Shown here piece by piece: positions 59,098 to 64,000 of a DNA stretch of 64,000 nucleotides. How positions within the stretch are numbered: position 1 is the first letter of the stretch; the number at the start of each line of letters is the position of its first letter. The stretch spans positions 35,495 through 99,494 of IMG/VR virus record IMGVR_UViG_2974727265_000001; one strand, given 5' to 3'. Below the pieces are notes generated by a model. The model had not been told where the DNA came from, did no database searches, and saw only the letters and a program-made list of their open reading frames with translations. Made by a program: the position numbers and the translations under genes. The DNA is from a virus. Taxonomy: Duplodnaviria > Caudoviricetes.

Positions 59098-59128
59098 GGG
59101 TGAAGGTTAGTGTATATAAAGACCGTCG

Positions 59129-59201
59129 TACACCAACTAGGATTTGAACCTAGGACCTACTGCTTAGAAGGCAGTTGCTCTATCCACTGAGCTATTGGTG
59201 C
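59129..59201 (-). tRNA. tRNA-Arg(UCU)
   Basis: GCACCAA-TA-GCTC-AGTGGATA-GAGC-A-ACTGC-CTTCTAA-GCAGT-AGGTC-CTAGG-TTCAAAT-CCTAG-TTGGTGT-A; full cloverleaf, anticodon TCT, CCA not encoded. Confidence 0.92.
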
Positions 59202-59206
59202 ATAAA

Positions 59207-59244
59207 TCATACAGTGTGACACTAGAAGTACTCACACTGTATGA
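59207..59244. repeat. 13-bp perfect inverted repeat just 5' of the tRNA
   Basis: TCATACAGTGTGA (59207-59219) / TCACACTGTATGA (59232-59244). Confidence 0.75.
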
Positions 59245-59321
59245 AGTTGTTCACTCTATCTTCACAGACTGAATTCACTCTTAGTATTAACTAAAACTTT
59301 TATATTATGAAACAAAACAGT

Positions 59322-60146
59322 TCAAGTAAATAGTGGTTTAAATCTGTCCCACTCTCTGAGTATGATCTCTCCAGCCTTGTTGATTGTCCTCATGTCTTTG
59401 AAGTACACCAATGCTAGGAAGTTGCCATCTATATGATATAGAGTCTCAAGGGTTTTGCAACCATTACCATTAACAGAGGTTGCACCAGAGAAGAACCAAG
59501 CTTTCTCTTTAGGCTTTCTTACCCAATCACCATTCAGTGCTTTAGCAAGTTTACATAAGTCAGCATAGGCACTAATACGTTCTGCATCACATGTGGGTAC
59601 TAGTCTGCATATTGAAGTATAAGTAAGGTCTTTCACTATATCTTCAAACTTCTCCTCAAGTTCCCAGTCCTTGAATGCATTTAATGCTATTGTTTTAAGA
59701 GCTGCATTATCACTCTTGTACCACTCTCTAGCTTGTTCTAGAGTGATACTTACATTTCTTGTTTCCATATGATTGTTATTAATAATTTTACTTTGAGAAA
59801 CTACAGTATATAGCCCTCTAGGTTTATTACCATTTGAGCATATTGTACTGATTCTACCTGTTCTTTGCAACATAGCATACTTAATTGTTGCACCAGATAT
59901 TGGTAAACATGTTGAAACCTCAGTATGTTCAGGTAGGATTAAGGTTATTATAGCCCATTCATAGCTGTTATATCTTCTTACTGCTATTATATCAAACACC
60001 CTAAGATTGTCTTCAAGTACAGTTTCTTCTCTAATGATTAACCTATGAGATGTGGAGTTGTTGCAGAATCTTGTACTAACATTATTTATGTTTACTGTTA
60101 CAGGTATACCTGTATAGCTTATAGTTATTCCTATATACTTATCCAT
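59322..60146 (-). CDS. hypothetical protein, possibly two domains or two genes
   Basis: 274 aa; internal METRNVSITLEQAREWYKS could be a separate start. Confidence 0.55.
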   Translation of the reverse strand: MDKYIGITISYTGIPVTVNINNVSTRFCNNSTSHRLIIREETVLEDNLRVFDIIAVRRYNSYEWAIITLILPEHTEVSTCLPISGATIKYAMLQRTGRISTICSNGNKPRGLYTVVSQSKIINNNHMETRNVSITLEQAREWYKSDNAALKTIALNAFKDWELEEKFEDIVKDLTYTSICRLVPTCDAERISAYADLCKLAKALNGDWVRKPKEKAWFFSGATSVNGNGCKTLETLYHIDGNFLALVYFKDMRTINKAGEIILREWDRFKPLFT

Positions 60147-60268
60147 ATCACTTATTTTTAGAGTTAATAAAATTAGCTCAGACTATGTTCACACACTGCC
60201 TGAGCTCATCAAACTTACATTTCAAATGTTACAAACCAATTCAACAACAGATTGAGATTTAGCATATC

Positions 60269-60504
60269 TTATAGTTCATGTATCTTCTCCTCTACCTCTT
60301 TAAGCTCCTTCTTTATGTAATCAACAACTATAGCTTTGAAGTCATCATCCATATAAGCTAAGGTGTATTATCAACGTTATATTTGTATGGTTTGATGATT
60401 GCTATTTCAACAGTTGGGTCAAGTTCTATAGCTCTAATAGTATCTAGAATAGACTCTCTGCGCTTGTTCAACTCAACTGCCTTATCTATATCTTCTATTT
60501 TCAT
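60269..60504 (-). pseudogene. small gene apparently split by a 1-nt frameshift
   Basis: MKIEDIDKAVELNKRRESIL...NVDNTP* continues in another frame as YTLAYMDDDFKAIVVDYIKKELKEVEEKIHEL*; span 236 nt = 3n+2. Confidence 0.4.
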
Positions 60505-60603
60505 GTCTCTTAAAATGTTTGAAACTAGCAGGAGCATAGATGCTGACTGTCAATCAAGAGTTATCAAATTTACGCTTATGATATTGCTCCTGCTAGTATA
60601 TGA

Positions 60604-60879
60604 TTAATCTAAGATAACTGCATCATCATTGTTAATCATTTGATACTTAACAATGCTACCAATCAAGATAGGTTCTCTTCTATCCCTTACTCTAGCAAAT
60701 ATAGACCTGCCTGCACTATCTTTACCTGTCTCAATGATAGTCACTGTAGCACAGTGGAGTTTTCTACTTGCAATAACAACACCTTCTTTGGTGCTTTGGA
60801 GCTTACCTTTGAGTAAGCCTCCAAGATTACTGTATTCTTTCAACATATGTTCTTTTTTAAAGTCTTGCATTGTTTTCAT
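60604..60879 (-). CDS. hypothetical protein
   Basis: 91 aa, ATGA overlap with upstream gene. Confidence 0.6.
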   Translation of the reverse strand: MKTMQDFKKEHMLKEYSNLGGLLKGKLQSTKEGVVIASRKLHCATVTIIETGKDSAGRSIFARVRDRREPILIGSIVKYQMINNDDAVILD

Positions 60880-61109
60880 TTGATACTATCTCCTTCACTG
60901 TATCTGTTATATTCATATCTAGGTACTCTAATACATTCAACTATATAAGTGTTAGTTGAATCTTTGTATCTAATACCTACATAGAATCCAGTCCAGCCTC
61001 TTCCCTTACTAACTATAGTAGAAGAGGGGTAGTTAAGAAGGGAGGTTACTTTTGGTTCACAGGATGTGAAAACCAGCAGACTAAATAATAGTATGATGAT
61101 ATGTTTCAT
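60876..61109 (-). CDS. putative lipoprotein
   Basis: MKHIIILLFSLLVFTSC lipobox-type signal. Confidence 0.6.
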   Translation of the reverse strand: MKHIIILLFSLLVFTSCEPKVTSLLNYPSSTIVSKGRGWTGFYVGIRYKDSTNTYIVECIRVPRYEYNRYSEGDSIK

Positions 61110-61333
61110 GATGCTTTCTCCTCTCTGTATTTAGCTATTTGTTTCTGTACTCCAAGTTCAAACTGAGTCAGTTCATCTAACTCTTTGTTTGCTATACTCA
61201 TGAACAATGCAGCATTGCTCTCATGGTTCTCTTTCAACATGTTGATGTGAGCTTTCTTACTTAATGAATAGCTATTACTACTGGCAATAGCTATTCTGTT
61301 AATTCTCTTTCTCATACCAATTCCTCCTTCCAA
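61106..61333 (-). CDS. hypothetical protein
   Basis: 75 aa (or 69 aa from MRKRIN) overlapping neighbours. Confidence 0.5.
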   Translation of the reverse strand: MEGGIGMRKRINRIAIASSNSYSLSKKAHINMLKENHESNAALFMSIANKELDELTQFELGVQKQIAKYREEKAS

Positions 61334-61512
61334 CTATAGTCTCTAACATGTTCTAAGTTGAGTGATAAATCAGCTGATGATACCACTGTATATACTTCTT
61401 TAGGTTCTATCTCTTTAAGAAGTTTACATACTTGCAGACCTTGTTCAAGGTTATCTGCATACATCATAGGAATGTATGATGTTAATCCTGTTGCTATTGA
61501 TACTGTTACCAT
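61312..61512 (-). CDS. hypothetical protein
   Basis: 66 aa ORF downstream of the tRNA-like element. Confidence 0.5.
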   Translation of the reverse strand: MVTVSIATGLTSYIPMMYADNLEQGLQVCKLLKEIEPKEVYTVVSSADLSLNLEHVRDYSWKEELV

Positions 61513-61540
61513 TTGATTATGTATTAGTTTGATTATTAAT

Positions 61541-61620
61541 TGGAGCCAGTGTGAGAGTTGAACTCACAATCTTCCATGCCTTAATTAATGGATGTTCTCA
61601 CCTTTTGAACTACCTGGCTC
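61541..61620 (-). tRNA. tRNA-like element / pseudo-tRNA with 10-nt anticodon loop
   Basis: GAGCCAGG-TA-GTTC-AAAAGGTGA-GAAC-A-TCCAT-TAATTAAGGC-ATGGA-AGATT-GTGAG-TTCAACT-CTCAC-ACTGGCT-CCA. Confidence 0.7.
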
Positions 61621-62127
61621 TTGTTCTTTTATTGACAGCTGTTATTATTACCTCTGTACTTCGATGCTGTTACTTCTATGCACAAAAACATTTCATCCTC
61701 CTTTACTTGTTGAAAGCTTAATGACTCTAATTAATGCTCATGAATAGACTTATATAAGGAGAGCTGCTCTCTAACTTTCATACGGTGTAACCCAGTTAAT
61801 GTACTCTAGTCAAATACCCAACTATCAGAACTATCTTATTCTTGCAAATCTACTAGTTATCTCATAGGTTTAGCCCCCTATGTTATCTTGTCTACTTACT
61901 ATTGTTCAGTAAACAAGTAGGCTGTAACAAACATTGGTTCTCTTGTTGCTCATTTAATAGTTAAACATACTCTATTTCTGTCTATCTCTCCAGTTTTTTT
62001 CCTCCTTTGCAGTAAACCAGAAGCCTAAAACTGTTACTATTACTACTGCTATGATGTATCCTTCCATGATGTATTGACAGTATAAACAATTATGTATTGC
62101 TCTTGCTTATTGCTGGAATGAAATGAA

Positions 62128-62162
62128 AGGGTAAGGGAATAATGTGGTTATTCCTCTACCCA
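62128..62162 (-). terminator. probable terminator after 62179..62460
   Basis: GGGTAAGGGAATAA...TTATTCCTCTACCC hairpin followed on minus strand by TTTCATTT. Confidence 0.5.
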
Positions 62163-62178
62163 ATCAAATACTCAGCTA

Positions 62179-62460
62179 TTAAGCTTTCACTCTTACAATA
62201 TCACTCTCTCCATCCTTCTCAAGAGTCACCAGTTCAGCCTTTGCCAAATCAATGGTATCACCTACTCCCAATGTGCTATCATTGCTCATTGGAATATACT
62301 TGTTACCACCAGCTATCATAGTGAACATAGCACTGTTTCCATACTCTGATGCTACTACTACAGCACTGGATACAGCAGCCAATTCTTCTGCTTCAAACTT
62401 TCTTGAACTCTTGAAATTCCACTTACCTGCATAGGTTCTTAAACTACTAAAAATGTTCAT
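62179..62460 (-). CDS. hypothetical early protein, paralog of 63161..63442
   Basis: MNIFSSLRTYAGKWNFKSSRKF...SEYGNSAMF...KYIPMSNDS...IVRV. Confidence 0.75.
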   Translation of the reverse strand: MNIFSSLRTYAGKWNFKSSRKFEAEELAAVSSAVVVASEYGNSAMFTMIAGGNKYIPMSNDSTLGVGDTIDLAKAELVTLEKDGESDIVRVKA

Positions 62461-62793
62461 AATGCTAATTGTTAAATGTTAATTGATATATGTTAGTTAT
62501 AGTGTGCAAGCACACCAGGAGCTCAGGAGGAGTAATGAGCTATACTCTTAACTTATAGCTAATGACTTATAGCTAATAACTCAACCCAACCAACCAAGGA
62601 CAAGGGAGGAGTAATGAGCTGTGCTTATAACTGTTGTTGCTTACTTGTTGTTATGTAACCCACCAGAAGTAGTAAGTAAATAGAGGTTAATTATAAAACA
62701 TAGCTATCAATAACCTCCCCAACATCTTAATTCTTCTGGTGCTATTGTTGATAGCTGATATACAAAACACCTAGTTGTTTTCATCTAAAATAT

Positions 62794-62814
62794 GTTCAGT
62801 GCGAAGCACTGAAC
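62794..62814 (+). promoter_or_regulatory. 9-bp DNA hairpin with GCGAAGC core (candidate virion-RNAP hairpin promoter)
   Basis: GTTCAGTGC-GAA-GCACTGAAC in non-coding DNA; the hairpin is seen, the function is inferred. Confidence 0.35.
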
Positions 62815-63117
62815 TAGGTCATAAATCACAGTCAATTTACACCCATTTATACCCCTCACTCATTAACATTTATTAGTATTAAACACCAATTATGAGTTGA
62901 TATGCTATTTGAATCATACCTGATTGATTACTTGTTGTTGTCATCTAATGCATAAATGATATCAATTCAAGTAACAAATTGAGGTGTCTTCAAATGATGT
63001 TTGAGCACCTCTTCAAATGTCACTCCACAAAAAGTTGGACTATATATATAGTATATTATATAAATATAATATATAGTATTAGTAATAGTCCAGTTTCTTG
63101 TTGCATGCAAATAGGAG

Positions 63118-63152
63118 AAAAAAGAATAGTGAGGGGTGAAACCCTCACTATT
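63118..63152 (-). terminator. intrinsic terminator after 63161..63442
   Basis: Minus strand AATAGTGAGGG-TTTCAC-CCCTCACTATT followed by C and a T run. Confidence 0.75.
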
Positions 63153-63160
63153 AATAGATG

Positions 63161-63442
63161 TTAAATTGAAACTCTGATGATATCAGCTTCACCATCCTTA
63201 CAAAGAGTGACTAATTTAGCCTTGGAGAGGTCAATGAATGTTCCAACAGGAACAGTGGAATCTCTATCCATTGGTATATACTTATCACCACCACTGACCA
63301 TATGGAAACAACATGAGTTACCATACTCTGATGGAACAACAACTGCTTCCTTAACAACAGAAAGCTCCTCTGGAGTAAACTCTCTACTAGATTTGAAACT
63401 CCATTTACCTGCATAACTCTTAAGTGTACTAAAGATATTCAT
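63161..63442 (-). CDS. hypothetical early protein, paralog of 62179..62460 (start reassigned to MNIFST)
   Basis: 93 aa, same length as and colinear with its paralog. Confidence 0.75.
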   Translation of the reverse strand: MNIFSTLKSYAGKWSFKSSREFTPEELSVVKEAVVVPSEYGNSCCFHMVSGGDKYIPMDRDSTVPVGTFIDLSKAKLVTLCKDGEADIIRVSI

Positions 63443-63697
63443 AACTGTATAATTTAATTGGTTTATATTCAAATACTTAGGTGGAGTGATGAGCCTATAA
63501 CTCATCACAACCAAGGTCCATAACTATAGAGTCCAGTCTGAACTCAAGATACTTATTCTCTTGAGAGAGGTGATGAACCTCTCTCATAGCACTGCATAAA
63601 CAGAGTGCCATAGCCAGTAGTACTGACAACATAACAATAGTCTTCATAAGATGTAAGTTTAATGATTCAAGAATATGGGAGAAGTAATGAGCAAGTG

Positions 63698-63889
63698 TTA
63701 TCTAGTGTGGATATCCCATCTATGAATAACTAAATTCTCTAACTCCTCAACATCTACTTCATAATAGAATGCAGCATCACTACACACATCATGGAATTTA
63801 CTGTATAGTATGATCTCAGCAATATGTAGATCATAGACTGACTCTAATGATGTCAGCAGTGCTTCAGGCAATGTACTTAACTCTTTCAT
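63698..63889 (-). CDS. small acidic hypothetical protein
   Basis: 63 aa ORF with AT-rich leader. Confidence 0.55.
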   Translation of the reverse strand: MKELSTLPEALLTSLESVYDLHIAEIILYSKFHDVCSDAAFYYEVDVEELENLVIHRWDIHTR

Positions 63890-64000
63890 AATAGATAATT
63901 TTAATGATTAATACTCAGATGCATGAATGGAGTAATCCCTCTCAAACATGGCAGGGGGTATAACCCCAAACTCAAAACCAAGGGGGGACCATGAGTTAAT

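Noticed and set aside
59129-59201. Amber suppressor tRNA (loop contains CTA)
   Set aside because: With the 5-bp stem ACTGC/GCAGT the 7-nt loop is CTTCTAA, so the anticodon is TCT (Arg)
1831-63416. Numerous 60-135 aa opposite-strand or nested ORFs in the track (e.g. 5654..5953, 17357..17698, 31441..31848, 35219..35587)
   Set aside because: They are shadows of longer motif-bearing genes, with Ser/Leu/Ile-rich non-protein-like composition
62460-63700. CRISPR array or diversity-generating retroelement
   Set aside because: Repeats are short, few and irregularly spaced; no reverse transcriptase or adenine-specific TR/VR pair seen
1-64000. Stop-codon reassignment (TAG to Gln or TGA to Trp), known in some crAss-like phages
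   Set aside because: Giant late and replication genes are uninterrupted in code 11, and TAG/TGA end genes right where the next gene or a terminator begins
63950-64000. GGGGGTATAACCCC / GGGGGG segment as the genome terminus or terminal repeat
   Set aside because: Suggestive only; it lies at the window edge and cannot be tested without flanking sequence or reads

Overview
64 kb of a crAss-like (Crassvirales) Bacteroidetes phage genome in the standard genetic code. Plus strand 1-16.2 kb: end of the virion module (IHF-like gene, tail ring/tubular protein, muzzle/tail-stabilisation protein, three ejected cargo-type proteins). Minus strand 16.3-27.2 kb: virion two-barrel RNA polymerase (DFDID motif) and its partner, converging on a bidirectional terminator. 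Minus strand 27.3-55 kb: replication and nucleotide metabolism (ThyX, family A DNA polymerase, dUTPase, PD-(D/E)xK nucleases, Ung, primase, SSB, AAA ATPase, DnaB, SF2 helicase). This block carries two notable modules: an apparently complete phage-encoded ubiquitin-like conjugation cassette (Ubl precursor, E2-like, JAB/MPN, ThiF/E1, unknown ORF) and a NARP1-type NAD+ reconstitution pair (NAMPT-like plus PRPP-synthetase-like) interrupted by a HAD gene. 55-64 kb: small early-type ORFs, tRNA-Arg(UCU), a tRNA-like element with a 10-nt anticodon loop, and structured non-coding DNA including a GCGAAGC hairpin. The whole window is almost devoid of CpG. All family assignments come from motif recognition by eye; no database searches were run.
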